A stretch of DNA of 64,000 nucleotides from the NCBI GenBank assembly GCA_964036045.1, contig OZ038379.1, forward strand, positions 22,754,001 through 22,818,000, given 5' to 3'. The stretch is from Eutreptiella sp. 'Long Island Sound 2002'. Taxonomy: Eukaryota; Protista; Euglenida. The position numbers and the translations under genes are program-made. The notes beneath the pieces were generated by a model. The model was not told the origin of the DNA. It saw only the letters and a list, made by a program, of their open reading frames with translations, and searched no databases. This document shows, in pieces, positions 47,271 to 60,122 of the stretch. Each line of letters starts with the position of its first letter. Positions within the stretch are counted from its first letter, which is position 1.

Positions 47271-47341
47271 CAGTGCAAAGAACACACTATGCAACACAGT
47301 CGGGGTCCTAAACTATAGTTTATATCCACAAACTAAGGTTT
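47259..47341 (-). repeat. Split direct repeat A1 (5' end of YR element)
   Basis: 83 bp; one mismatch to 42492-42574; contains the palindrome TAAACTATAGTTTA. Confidence 0.95.
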
Positions 47342-47559
47342 GATTGTCTGCCACTGACCCCCACAAATCTATTGAGATGCATGAAGGGGGTCGGGAGCCT
47401 ACGAACTCTACAGTTCGTGCTGGCAAGGAGATAAGAGACAGAGGCGAAGACGGTAGCCCAGTGACGGGAGGCCCACTGACTGCCATAGTTGGTGCACTAA
47501 GGGCAAGGGTGGGGCTTGTGTGGGTTGCTGTTGGCCCACTGGTGGCTTGTCCCCCCCCC

Positions 47560-50220
47560 CAAATTGATCCCAATCAGAGAAAAGGGTACATGGTCGAACC
47601 GGTGGGAAATTGGGTGCCTGTGCTCTGGGGCAATTTGGTCGTGACCCTGTTGTGCCCGCGGGGCGGCATGTTTCACCCTAGGTGTACACTTGGGTGGGTT
47701 CAAGGCATCATCTGGCCGCTCCTTTAGCCCCTAAAGAGCACGTACTACGAGTCTGCGCAGATAGCTACCTTAGGGCAATGGGAATGCAGGTGCAGAGCCT
47801 GGACTGCAGCCAGAAGCTCTACTGAGTTGATGGTCTACTTCATGTCCAGTGGGACTGGCATGGAAACCGCCACGGGGAGCTCTTCGAAAATGCCATATCC
47901 CCCCACAACGCCAATTCTATGCAGTTTTTTGGACGAGCCGTCCGCAAAGACAAGCATATACCCCCTGCTCCTCTAAAGATTCCAAACATGCAATCAGCTT
48001 GTGCAAGGACCTCATTTTTCTCACTAAGCATCATTGGGACCTAAGTTGGGCTTTCGAAGGGGGAGGGGGGTATGCGGTGTTGGGTCGAGCACATGGCAGG
48101 GGGGGTTGCAGACGTCTACAGAGACATAAGCAGATTCAAAAACTGGCTGAGCGGGGCCGGGTGCACGACATGAGGTTTGGCCTGCTGCCAATATGCAAGA
48201 GTTTAATCCAGCCCTTCAGGAAACGCTGTTCGCTCATGAAGCGGCCAATGTGAGTGGTCGCTGCACACCGTGGGGACCAGTGGACTTTGATCGCCGACCA
48301 TCCTGGGAGTCTGGGTGGGATTTGCAAAGAAACCGTTGTGTGCTACTCGATGAGCTCAGACACAGAGGAGAGGGATTGTGCGTGCACAGGATACGGAGGG
48401 AAACAATTGTCAATGGTGGCAAAGGCAAAACTGAGGAATTTGTAGTGAAATAAGGCATGCTCTGTCGTCTCAGATTGATTGTCTAGTGGGCAGGGTAGAC
48501 ACTCAGTTTTCCAATTCTGTTGCCTCACCCCCACAGGCAGTTTACGCCACAAAGCAGTCCCGACAAAATCTTTATCTAGACGAGCCGGTTAAGACTACGT
48601 CTCTTCCGAGCTGGCCCTCACATGTCGCCGCCCAGGCAGGACCGCCAAGGGCGCTACTTCGGAGGGGGGTGGCCTGCAGGCCAGCCCACAGAAAATAGGG
48701 TCTGCTGGCGGCCCCCTCCAAGGGAGGGCCGCACATGCAGCAATGTCGATTGGGTGCACGTGTCCAGACTTCTGTGGGCTGCCGCCTGCCCTTGTCCCAC
48801 AGGGTATTGCGGTACACCTAGTGCAGAACCCCTGTTCCAATCGTGCCGACAAGGCACATGGTTGTTGTTGTGAACCCTCGGAAAACACATAATTGCAATT
48901 GGTCAGCCGTTCTATTGCGTCGCGGTAGATAGAGCACCAAGTGTGTGCAAGAAGGGCTAGGTTGGAGTCATCCTCCAACAGCTGGCCTGCAGTGGTGACT
49001 TGGGCTCGCATGAGGGGAGGGCAAGAGTATGCGTGATGGTGTTTATTCAGGAAAAGAACATTATGCCAAAGTGGCATATCGCATGCAAGATCTTCGAGGA
49101 CTTCAATGTTCAAACCCTTTCTTAGCAGAGAAAAGGATTTGGCACGGAGTGCTATGAAAGGTAGGGAGTCGCTGGGATTATTAACGTCCAACTGGTAAAA
49201 TTTGATATTGTGAGGCGTAACAGGATATGGACGCATTATGGACTGTCGGATATGGGTGCACAACTGACTTTATGAAAAGGGCTCAATGGGGCCACCTCAG
49301 GAAGTTGTGGGGCATGGCCAGTTCCATGCCACCTTCACATTCAGAGAGGGCTAGGATGTCCCGTGTCAAGCCCCAACAATTAAGGTCTAGAGCTATAATG
49401 TAGACAACTTTTAGGGCATCAACCACTTGCTTGACCGAGTAGATCACTGTAGCGGGGTAAGTCCACCATGAACCACATTGTAAGCAAAAAGACACGCTCC
49501 CGCAGCGTGAGTTTCCAATGTTGCATAGATTGGGTCCTCCCAAGAGCATTTTGCATTCTTCTGGGTTCACGTATCCTAGCTTAATGCCCAAATCTTTGTA
49601 AGACTCGCAAATGGAGATTTATATTTCTTGTAGAAGTGGTTTTTGGTGATCGGACCAAATCCCCTAGTAGCAGCAGGGCTAACTTTTTTTAATTGATTTG
49701 CAAACCAGAACAGACTGAGATGGTGATGAGGGCTACCTGTGGTGGGTTGGTGTTTTGCAAAGCACGCCCCGTCCCTGGTCCTGACCCCTGGCCCTGAACA
49801 TGACAATCACCCAGTCAAAAAGACAGTCAACTCCTGCTTTTGCGTCCGGGGTCGTCACCCATGATTGGGCCATCGGATGGCCGCGCCGGCTACGCTGCAA
49901 AGTAGTGTGTGCCTTGGTAGGTGTGATGCTCACAAGGGACATCAACTGGACACGCAAACAGAGTCTGAAGGAGGGGGGTGGATTGTCACAGATACTGTCA
50001 CTGTCGCTGTGGTTGTCACCCCCCCCCCCCCCCGGCAAAAATTCAGTTGCTTGCGCAACTTAAGTTTTGCAAAGCATGTCCCTGACCCTGACCCTTGGCC
50101 TTGAACACGACAATCAGCCAGTCAAGAAGACAGTCAACTCCTGCTTTTGCGTCTGGGTTAACCCTAAGGAAATCCCGAGCCCCATGTCCGGGGGTCACCA
50201 TCTCAGACACAATGCCCGAC
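47560..50220 (-). mobile_element. Degenerate L1-like LINE: RT fragments, zf-RVT, RNase H
   Basis: NPDAKAGVDCL (RT domain 1, duplicated); KDLGIKLGYV; CP..ETTEHALF (zf-RVT ~48400); GGYGIF..VELLAAVQAL..ICADS*YV (RNase H ~47730-47910). Confidence 0.7.
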
Positions 50221-50711
50221 ATGGCTGGGCCGCCACGATATGGTCTGCAGAGCACAGCAACCACTGAATCTGCTAAGCCCAACAGTGAAGCAGGTCTAAC
50301 AAGACTGGACCCGCTGGCAAGGGCTATCGCTACACTGGCGTAGAGATGAAGAAAAGAGAAGCAAGCCTGACAAGAGTGGACCCGCTGACAAGGCACTTCG
50401 CTAGCCAAGGTTGGGCTGGCCAATACTCTCACTATTAACGTTGCAAGAACGAGCCATTAACACCAGCCTGTCAACTCCGGGCTAGCCATCACGTTCGGGA
50501 TCAATGCAGCAGAATGGAAGCAGGCGTGACAAGACTAGACCCGCTAACAAGGCACTTCGCCGGCTAAGGTTGGGCTTGCCAGTCCTCTCACTATCAGCGT
50601 TGCAAGAACCAGCAAGCCTCACAAGACGAGACCTGCTGGGTCTCAACCACCCCATTGGTACCCCACCCACACCTTGTGGTCCCTGTCTCGTACAACTGCC
50701 CACGATGGCAA

Positions 50712-51180
50712 CTACGCCGTTCGTACGAAACACCCATGGCGCGCCCTGGCCTGCACAACCAAGTCTCTCGCACTGTGGCCCTGCCACCGGCTCGACACTA
50801 GGTCCGCCGGGTTGAGCTCCGACGGGACGTGCGCAATTTGCATGTTGCAGCCTTGCCACCACAGCAGGTGCGTCATGCGCCTCAGGATGCGCTGCTGCTC
50901 CGGCAGGCCTGCCCGCACTCGCCCCCACAGGATCATGGCCAGGGTTCCGGCATAGTCCATGTACAGGCGTGCTGCCGGGGCCTTGAGCCTCCTCATCTCG
51001 TCCATGGCCACCACCACACCCCACAGCTCAGCTCAGCACTTTGAGGCTGGTTACCCAGACAGCGCAGCGTTGGATACGGGCCCCCCTAGGCCCCCACAGG
51101 CCCACCATGTACGATCCCCACGGAGTCTCCGCCGCATCTGGATACATCTGTGGTGCCTTTGGAAGGGTATCAGTTGGGCA
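50712..51180 (-). pseudogene. RNase H of element 2
   Basis: MYPDAAETPWGSYMVGLWG...LYMDYAG...VPSELNPADLVS. Confidence 0.8.
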
Positions 51181-51189
51181 TGACGGCTC

Positions 51190-51590
51190 CCATCTGCGAT
51201 GTGCCGCCGCCACGCCCACCAATAAGCCCGCCACCATGGCCGGCGGCGTTCGGGGCGCCCACCGGGGCCCTTGGTGCACCCATGCTCGCGTACCAGCCCA
51301 GAAAGGTGACGCCGTGTTCCCCGGCCGTCCTAGCCACACAGGTTCAAGCTACTGTCCCTCGAGGGTCTTTGTGGATGGACCCGCAAAACTGCTATTGGTC
51401 CATCGTCCTACCGCCACGGCTACAACGAGCGATCCGTATTGGATTCCAGGGCACGACAATCGCGGTGGTGCGGGTGCTTTTGGCCGCCGCGTCCTGCAGG
51501 TGGTGAACCGCGTTGTGGCCGCACTGTGCGCACTGGGCTATCACTCCCGGCTGGGCCTCCACGCCTGGCTGCCCCTCCCCGGAACCTAAG
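51190..51590 (+). pseudogene. Inverted RT fragment of element 2
   Basis: LWMDPQNCYWSIVLPPRLQRAIRIGFQGTTIAVVRV is homologous to element-1 CTLDISNHFWSCRLPPPQRDSIRVGVGGRVYALQSL. Confidence 0.7.
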
Positions 51591-51828
51591 TGCTGCGGCT
51601 TGTGCCTCTGGTGGTGGGGCGGCTGACGGGCGTGTGTCCCAGGCGTTGCGGCGACGTACCCGAACACGCAACGCTGGGCACCTGGGGTACTCTCATGTTG
51701 GCCGCCCGTACCTGAGCAGCACCCCTGGCTGGTTTGGGCGGCGCCTTTGGTCGCGCCCTGGGCTTGGGGCGCTGTACTCGCACAGGTGTGGTAGTGGTCC
51801 ACGGTATCCCCTAGACCTCCTCGGAGTC

Positions 51829-52933
51829 TCAGGTGTCTGAGACAACGTACAGCTCTGGCTTACGTCTTGATCCTTTCCGCCCGCCGCGCTTTGGGGCGGC
51901 ACTACCCGCCACGCCAAAGATGGTGCCCATGGGCCACATGTCCATGACTCCCGTGGCTTTGTACCGCACGCCACCTCCTGCCATAGGCCAGAGTAGTGTC
52001 GGTGGTGCACCCCAGGTCGAGTCCATTGGCGCGCCTGCATATTTTGTTGCCTGTCTCTCCGAGCACCATCGTCCCCAAATGCCAACGGCGCGCATGTGCG
52101 CTCTGGCCGCAACCATTGCCACCGCGCCGCGGCGGCGGAACCCATGCCAGCCCATGGAGTCCCAGGGGGTGCCTAGCACCCTCTGACGGAGGGCATCCTA
52201 GCTTTGCGCGAAGATGGGCAGGAAACCGGGGTGGTGCACGACCAAAGTGTGGAGTTGCTGGCGCCATGCCTCACCCCACGGGCTGGCTCGCGCTGTAATG
52301 TACTCGTTTCTCACCTTGAAGTCGTAAAACGTGACTCTGTACGGTGTCTCCAGGTCGACCGGTCGGAGGGACGCTGCTTCTGACACCCTCCAATAGTGCA
52401 CTGCTGCCAGGGCCGCCACGGCCGTGAGGACGTCACCTGCTAGCCCTCCTTCGGTGATGGCACGGAGGGTGTCTTTTGTCGCCCACACCCTTCGTGGCGG
52501 TCGGGCGCAGTAGAGTCTGTCTGCGGCCTCGCAAAGTAACCAATGCAGCGGCCTAGCTGTTGCCGGTACCAGTTCGAGGCGCTCGGTCATCCTCACCGCA
52601 GAGACCACCCCCCCGGAGGGTGGCAGAGCGTCTCCCTTGGGCAGCCATCGTGGTGATGTGCATAGCCAATGCCTCTGCTACGGTTGAGTCGTGGTGTAGT
52701 AATGCAGTGCGCCCCAGGCTTCGCAGCTCATGTGTCCAATGGGAAACAGTTCTTTCCGCCCACCGGTGGACTACCAGTGCTAGTGTTGCGAGCTGCATGG
52801 TGTACAGACCATGCCAGAGGTCTGTGATGGCGGTTGCGAGGTACCGCAGGGCAACAGCCGTCCCTTCGGCGCATCGCTCGTCATTGCCCCCCCCCCACTC
52901 CCCCTCCCGGTCACAAGCCCTGCTGGGCTGCAA
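51829..52933 (-). pseudogene. Tyrosine recombinase of element 2 (frameshifted)
   Basis: ORF pieces 52553-52933, 52198-52608 and 51829-52179 align collinearly with the element-1 YR. Confidence 0.8.
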
Positions 52934-54399
52934 GCTGGGGCCGAGGTTGGGTTAGGCGAGAGGTTGTGGGTGGTACTGGCGCTGGCTTGCCGGCTGGGGC
53001 TGGGGCTGTGGTTGTGGCTGCTGAGGGTGCCCATGTGCCCAGGCTGGCCAGGGTTGCAAGCTGTAGTGCATTTGGGAGCATCGGCTGCAGGGATACGGCG
53101 GGGGCCCAGACACATCGTACATTCCGCCCGAAGAGAAAGCCGTGTACGTTGTCTAGGCCCCCACCGTCGCAAACCCCCCCCCATACACGGGGGGGGGGGG
53201 GGATGCCACGGATAGCGGTTCTTGCTGTACCACCACACGAGGTGCTGCTTGCAGCGTTGCCGCTGTCAGCGGTGCCGCCGAGTGATGTTGCTGCTGTTGC
53301 TACAATGTTGCTGCCACTGTTGCTACCATTGTTGTTGTGGGGGGGGCGATGCAGATTCCCCGGCCCAGCGGCCAAACATTCCACACCTGAAACACGGTCC
53401 AAGTGGTCCTCCAGGGGCGTGCTGTTGTTGGGCCGGTATTGGGGCATGTGGCGGCGCGCTGAACTGTGCCACCGGTGCTAGTGGTCCTTAGGGCTGCGGT
53501 GTCGCTGCCACATACGTTGCACTCCACGTCGCGCCCTGCAATGCCACCCCAGCCGCAGCCGCTGACTCCGGCGTGGACACGTCCGGTGCCGCATGCTGTG
53601 CCGACGCCGCACGTGCACCTCTGTGCTGGGGCCCTGTCCCCCACCAACCGGCTTTGCTCCGGCGTGCATTGGGGTATACGCGGCGCCCTCAGCTGTGAGA
53701 GACGCGCCTCCGGCTCCTCAATTTCTTGGCTGATCGGATTTGGGGCACCCTGCGCAGCTGCCTGCACCGCCGGTTGCGCTGTATTTGCCGCACGCTGTGG
53801 CAGCACGCTTTTGGGCGGAGGAGCTTGCCGGTCGGCCTTTTCGACGTCCAGGAAAGCGCCTATAAAGCGCTCGTACAGGGCCATCATGAGGAGGCACTTG
53901 TGCTGGGGTTTCTTTGGTGCCGCCCAATCCGTGGCCCTGTCGACACCCGCTAGTGACAGGCCACGTCCCATGAGTTCCATATACATGTTTGCCATTGTTG
54001 CCCCACATTCGTTAGTCTCAAGGAACGCCACCATCTGCTAGGACGGCCCATCTCTCCATTTTGCCCAAGCTTCAAATTGTGGGGACGGCGCCTGGGGCAT
54101 GTCCTCGTCGGATTCGAACACCGGTTTTCTCCGTTTCGCCTCATCTTGTTTTCATAATCGAGGATGGAGGGTCCCAGCCGCCCACCCTTCGGACAGTGTC
54201 TACCCCTTCAGATGAGGGACTTCGAACTCGACCAGCGGCACTACAAAAAGTGCTGTGGGGACCCGAGTGGACCGGCATCTGTTTTATATTGCATGCATTG
54301 CAGAGAGGAATGGAGTGTAAACATGTGCCACAAGTGGATTGCATCCTGCATTTCCCTTCAACTATAGGATTTTATTGCTGCGCCCTGTGCCAGCAAAAG

Positions 54400-55115
54400 G
54401 GTTTTCTTAAAGGTTGATGTATTTTGGCTCACATTTTGCAAGCTTTTGAGGAATGGCATACAAACAGTGAAGGGGTTTTCTGTCCGGCAGACTTCGGTAA
54501 GGCGTACAACTTGGTCTCACATCATTATGCACGTTCCTTGTTTCATTCGATTGAATTACCCACGGAAATTATCAATGTTCTAATGCTATTGTTTTAGGCC
54601 ACAATGGCCCTCATTGTGCATGACTCTGTGATACGGCACACACTGGTGCATCCCACTTCGGGAATAAGACAAGCGTGCCCACTATCGCCGTCTTTGTTTG
54701 CCCTCCTAATGTCCCCATCGCCTCTTATTTGCAAGAAGTCTCGCTACTTGTTTCCGTTTGGCTATATGTTAACGATCTTTTGATCATTGTAAACATGTAA
54801 ACACCAACCCACCACAGGTAGCCCTCCTCACCATCCGATGCACAATGCTCCGCAACCAGTTCTTAGCCTGTTCTGGTTTGCAAGTCAATTAAAAAAAGTT
54901 AGCCCTGCTGATACTAGGGGATTGGTCCAATCACCAAAAACCACTTCTGCAAGAAATAGAAATCTCCATTTGCGAGTCTTACAAAGATTTGGGCATTAAG
55001 CTAGGATACGTGAACCCAGAAGAAGCTTTTGCCCTAGCCATGCAAAATGCTCTTGGGAGGGCCCAATCTATGCAGCATTGGAAACTCACGCTGCGGGAGC
55101 GTGTCTTTTTGTCCC
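54400..55115 (+). mobile_element. L1-like RT fragment
   Basis: FLSGDFGKAYNLVSH, SGIRQACPLSPSLFAL, LYVND, KDLGIKLG; near-identical inverted copy at 49490-49760. Confidence 0.8.
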
Positions 55116-55149
55116 TTGTGAGCATCACACTTACCAGGGTTATTTTTGG

Positions 55150-55550
55150 TGAGTGGAGCCGCTGGATCGGCTGTGCCAAGTGGTTCATAAAGGGGGCTCT
55201 CCGTGTCGCTCTAGCAATCACCGGAGCATATGCCTCTTCGCTGGTCACATGCCCCAAAAGGAAGCCAAGGTATTTGACCCGTAGTTTGGCTACAATCCCA
55301 TAGGAGCGTAGTATGTCGGCCTGACCCTCAGTCCAGCCCCCCTTCGTCAGGAATGCTGACTTGGACACGTTCGGTTTCAGGCCTACAAACATCCCAAATA
55401 TCCGCAAATGTTCGAAAATGGGTGCCAACAACCTGCATACCACCCCCAAGGGCAGCGGTATGTACAACAAGAGGTTGTCCGTGTAGAACAATACATGGAC
55501 GTGGGGGGACATTGCCTTGATCGCATGAATCAGGATTGAGCACACCATGA
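55150..55550 (-). mobile_element. L1-like RT fragment, different subfamily
   Basis: VLFYTDNLLL (YADD box), GLKPNVSKS, VKYLGFLLG. Confidence 0.8.
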
Positions 55551-55575
55551 CATGTTCTGGGGGGGGGGGGGGGGC

Positions 55576-56230
55576 ACCGCTTCAGAGCTGGGGACAAAAT
55601 CAGAAGTAGCCCACAAGTAGCCGCATTGGCTACATAACCCCTTCCGTCCGGGGCATCCTCAAAACTTCAGTGCAAGGAACAAAATCAGAAGCGACCCACA
55701 AGCGGCGCGCGTTGGCTACGCCACCGCTGCCGCCTTGGGGGTACCCAACACTTCACAGTGGGGGACAAAATCAGTAGTGGCCCACAAATGGGCACATTCA
55801 CCACATAACCCCTGCCGTCTAGGGGGTCCCCAACGCTTCAAAAGCAGGGGACAAAATCAGAAGTGGCCCACGAGTGGGCAGATTGGCCACATTAGCTGCG
55901 CCATCTAGGGGGTCCCCAAAGCTTCAAAGCGGGGGGACAAAATCAGCAGTGGCCCGCAAGCGGGCGTATTGGCTACCTCACCCCTACTGTCTTGGGGGTA
56001 CCCAACACCTCAAAGCGGGGGACAAAATCAGCAGCAGCCCACAAATGGGCGCATTCATTACATAACCCGTGTCGTCTAGAGGGTCCCCGGCGCTTCAAAG
56101 CGGGGAACAAAATCAGAAGTGGCCCACAAGTGGGCACATTGGCTCCGTCACCCGTGCTGTTTGGGGGGTCCTCATAGTGGGGAAGGATCAAAGTGGCTAC
56201 ATAACCCCTGCATTCTTGCATTCTGAGGGT
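55576..56230. repeat. ~85-bp minisatellite, 7-8 diverged units
   Basis: Recurrent ggggacaaaatcag..gcccacaagtgggc..ggctacataacccc. Confidence 0.9.
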
Positions 56231-59200
56231 TCCCCAAAGGGGAGACATGAACAAGAGGCGAAGTGGTGCCTCTTCTCCATGCAAGAATGGTGTCTGTCAA
56301 ATAAGCCCTTTTCCCAACCCTCCCCCAGATCTTGAGGGCTCTATTGAGCCTCACCCCTCCCCCAGTTGAAAACCCGCCACCCCATTGGTGGTGCACTATT
56401 AGGGGCAAATGTAAGGGGTAAATGTACGTATTAGGGGCAAATGTACGTGAGATGAACTTGCGAAAGGCAATACACTTTTATGCGATGCAGGGGCACTACA
56501 TCGGGTTCCACCAGTTGTTTCTTGGGCCACTTTACGACTACTGGGAATTAACGAGAAGAGAGGATTCCCTTCTCTTTCCTGGGTGGGGTGGGGAAAATAA
56601 CACCCTACAAGTGGACTGTGGTCAGCTACTACCATCTGTAGCGCCTGTGGCCTGGATACTTTGGATCCAGTAGAGTGTCACTCAATGCTCCCCATCCCCC
56701 TCTGTGCAATGAAACATGTCAGTAAAAAGGAATCGGAGGGCTATGGGAAGAGTTATGCAACCTGCGACTCCACAGGATTCTTTGAACAACTTCATTTCAA
56801 AACTTTGCACGGTGTGCACATGGTGTATCCCATTCCTTCATCGTGGTTCACTCCGTACACAGCGTCCATGACACAAGATGCATGTTCCAACACTACCAAC
56901 AAAATCACAATTGAACAAAACCAATGCGGAAGAGGGGGCGTTTTCGTACAGCACGCGCACAGTGCCAATTATTACGTTGTTTATCCCCCTTGAACACCCC
57001 TGAAAACCACCCACCTACAGAAGCATGCATGATCCATTCAAAACAGCATCGGGGGTGCAGAACTCAGGACCCTGGGACCGTGGCAAGCATCAGACTAAAA
57101 CAAAAAATCCCTGGTGCACCAGCAGGGGCTGTAGGGTGCCCTGGGACCCGTGGCTACCGGTGGTGAAAAACAGCCGACTTTTCGCACAGCACGCGCACAG
57201 CGCACGGTGCGCCCCCATAGCATCCTCCCACAAGCAAGCATTGGTCCACCTTATTCCACTGGGGGTCCAGTCACCATTCAGTCCTGGTGCAAAGAGGCAC
57301 AGGCCTCGTAACAGACATTGCATATACAGAGGTTACAAGACGAAGCGGGTCAGCGCCCAACGGCCCTCAGCCCTGTGTTCCCACAGAACAGGAGCTACAA
57401 GGCCAAGAGAGAGCCAAGCCAAGTCGGCTCACTGGCCGTCCCAACCTCCACATTCTTTGTCCTCTACAGACAGGCAAACAGTGCTGAATCACATGTTCCC
57501 CAAGGGTGTTGCACACATCCTGAATGAAACCCTCTACTGATCAACACAGACCCAGTTACTGGGGTCAGCTTCGCCAGCAAGATGCAAGGAAGCAGGTTTT
57601 GCTGACCGTCGTGCCATGCTGACAATTGCTTGCAGCCCTATCCTGCAGCCCCATAGCATCCTGCATTCAAGGCAAGTACAACAGCATCAAATACTGTGCT
57701 GGGTAGCTGCTAGATCTAGCTCAATGGACTTGAACAAGGAGGATTGGCGGATGGTGTTGATTGGATGTTGCAAAAGCGGGAGGTGATTGATAAGAATCAG
57801 CACAATTCCGCTGCTGAAAAAAATTTGGCTGCTCCCTACTACTAATTTTGCAAACCAATGTTCAATTAAACGAAACACTGGCTGGAAGTTGGTCTAATGG
57901 CGCTGTATAGTGTGCAGACCATGTGCACACCGTCTCGCTTCCCATCTGCAGTCTGCCCACAACCCCCTTGTGTCTCACAGCACCTTCACACTACACACGT
58001 ACAGCGGAGTCAGGGCCCAAGGGTCAGAATACCATGGCGGAAGCATGGGCCAGGTTGCAAACGGCAGGCCGTGCGTGGACAGGGCCATGCTTGCGCAACG
58101 GAGCGGTAAGCTAAAATGATTTCGTTACACAATGTGTCCAGAATTGGGGAATTGTCGTACTTGGACTTACCAGGTCAGTTCTCCAGCGCTCACACAGCGG
58201 CCGCCCTATAGAATCAGCATGCCTCCAGCCAGAGCTGTAGGCTGACCCTCAGGGGTGGGGAGTTGGGGGAGGGGCGGGGGGAAGAAGGCCCGGTCTGACT
58301 GGACCCAGCCCAAATATACCTGGCGAAAAATCCGGAGGGGGGGGGGGTTTGGCACAAGGCCTTGGTGGTTGGCTCTGTTAGCATGTGGCGGCGGGGGGGA
58401 GGGGTAAATCTGACGCGTCGTTTTTGTAGAGGTTCATGCACTACTGGGTGGGCAGGATACCCATGCCAATGTTAACTATCATGGCCGGCAATCAGGTCAG
58501 TCCATCTCGGCCTCATCTCAGTCTTTCACCCTGTGGCACTGCCCCTGAGTCCGTCTCACAGTGACCATCCTTGTGAAGACTTGTGCTCGCCTCGGCGGAG
58601 CTTTTGTTTCCAAAACTTGGGAGGGTGGTCCACATGCTTCACCCCCCTGGGGGGGTTCCCATGCTCACCTCTTGGATCGGGATCTTGCATTCTCCCCCAA
58701 GCTCAATGTCCCATATTCCGCAATCACAAGCATACCGCCACTTCATCGATGCATTTGTCAGCATAAAATAGAGCAGTTCGTCTCACGAAAAAAAGAAAAC
58801 AACGGAGAAAATGGAGTGTGGATGGTGTTTAACAGGCAAGAAAACGCCAAAAGGTGGTTTTTATGTGCTGGGTCACGCTTCCTCAACAGCACTTTGTAGT
58901 GCCGCATATGCCTCTCCCTTGCGACAGACAGAATTGCAAATGGGTTGTGCGACTCACCCGAAATCTGTATTGCAAACTTCAGGATCTACACATGCTCCAC
59001 AATTGCTGGTCCAAAGCACCCAAATCTGAGAACTCAAGAGCAGGGGTTTACCGCCTGCCCTGGAGTACAAAATAGAAACACGAAAAAGGGAGGGCACGTG
59101 TGAAAGCATCACGTTTCCTCATGATCCTCCTGCTTTCCCTGCAGTCTGCACACATCCCACTCTAAAAAAGCTCAAGCAGTCTCTCATCCGGTGCTTGTTG

Positions 59201-60122
59201 AGCTCCGGGGTGCTGTCTCACTCACGGGTCTCCTGCCTCGTCTCCCTTTGCGATATTGAACATTCGAAGGGTGTCGGGTTTGGGCAAGGGTTGGAAGTTG
59301 GTGCCCACAATTTGGTGGCACGTTTGGCCAAAGGCCAGTGGAATGTTGGGCCAAAGACAGTCAGATCTCTACAATTTTCTGGAGGAACATTTCAAGAGTC
59401 TTGTGAGGGAAGGGGTTCACACTCCTGCTGAATACAAAGCGCCAGCCTGCACCATGGCATCCCTCCTGGCCCCAGAGCCCTCTCAAACCTACAAAGATGT
59501 ATTTCTCATCCCCAAAATAGGGATCCCCCCAACCAAAAACCCACCTGGTAGCCCCAACCCATAGTAGGTACACTGGTATGCTGATGTCACGTATAAATAC
59601 ACATGCACATGCACATGCACCTGACTTTGGTTGATGAGGCTGCCTGTTTGGCCCTTGCTTGGCACTTGCACGCAACAGCGCTTACTGTTGGCACTGAAGT
59701 GATGAGGGTATAACAGGTCCGCCCAACACCCAATTGGTTCCATGAATGGTGTCGTACATTCCCCTGCATTGATGCTTCTGTACTGCACAGGTGCCTGTGG
59801 ACTCCAACAGTGCGCAGTACAGGTACAGTTGGTGGCAGTAGCCAAGCCGCCAAGCCGCCAAATAGCCAAGATTCATACTTGTGAGATATGTATGCCGCTA
59901 GGTGATCAGACTCAGGCCCGATCCATCCTTGTGGGGTGTCTGCAGCTACAGGGCCAATAAGGATACCCCCTGTCCCTTGTTCACGCCTGGACCAGATCCG
60001 AAAACAATCCTCTTCTTCCATTGGGAGGGTTTCCGCACTATGCGCACACCGTGTCTGCGCCAAGGACAAGGGTTCTCAATAAGCGGGGGGGGCCGGGGGG
60101 ACCCTTGCCAGCCCCCCCCCCC

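Larger units (their letters stand above)
42180..47341 (-). mobile_element. Tyrosine-recombinase retrotransposon, TATE/VIPER-like (gag-YR-RT/RNaseH) with split direct repeats; near intact
   Basis: ORF order gag, YR, RT-RH; repeat order A1..B1 A2 u B2; GGTTT core shared by both ends and the internal junction. Confidence 0.92.
50370..54250 (-). mobile_element. Second, divergent and decayed TATE/VIPER-like YR retrotransposon with an internal inversion
   Basis: Gag remnants (CFRCGMFGRW; YDVSGPPPYPCSRCSQMHY); YR (YWRVSEA, DFK, HGFRRRG, GRW, KY) split by frameshifts; RNase H (PDAA, SELNPADLVS) on minus strand; RT piece on plus strand. Confidence 0.8.

Noticed and set aside
55576-56230. CRISPR-like array
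   Set aside because: Whole units are homologous with no unique spacers; no cas genes; eukaryotic context
56422-56673. hAT dimerisation-domain remnant
   Set aside because: Similarity too weak to call by eye
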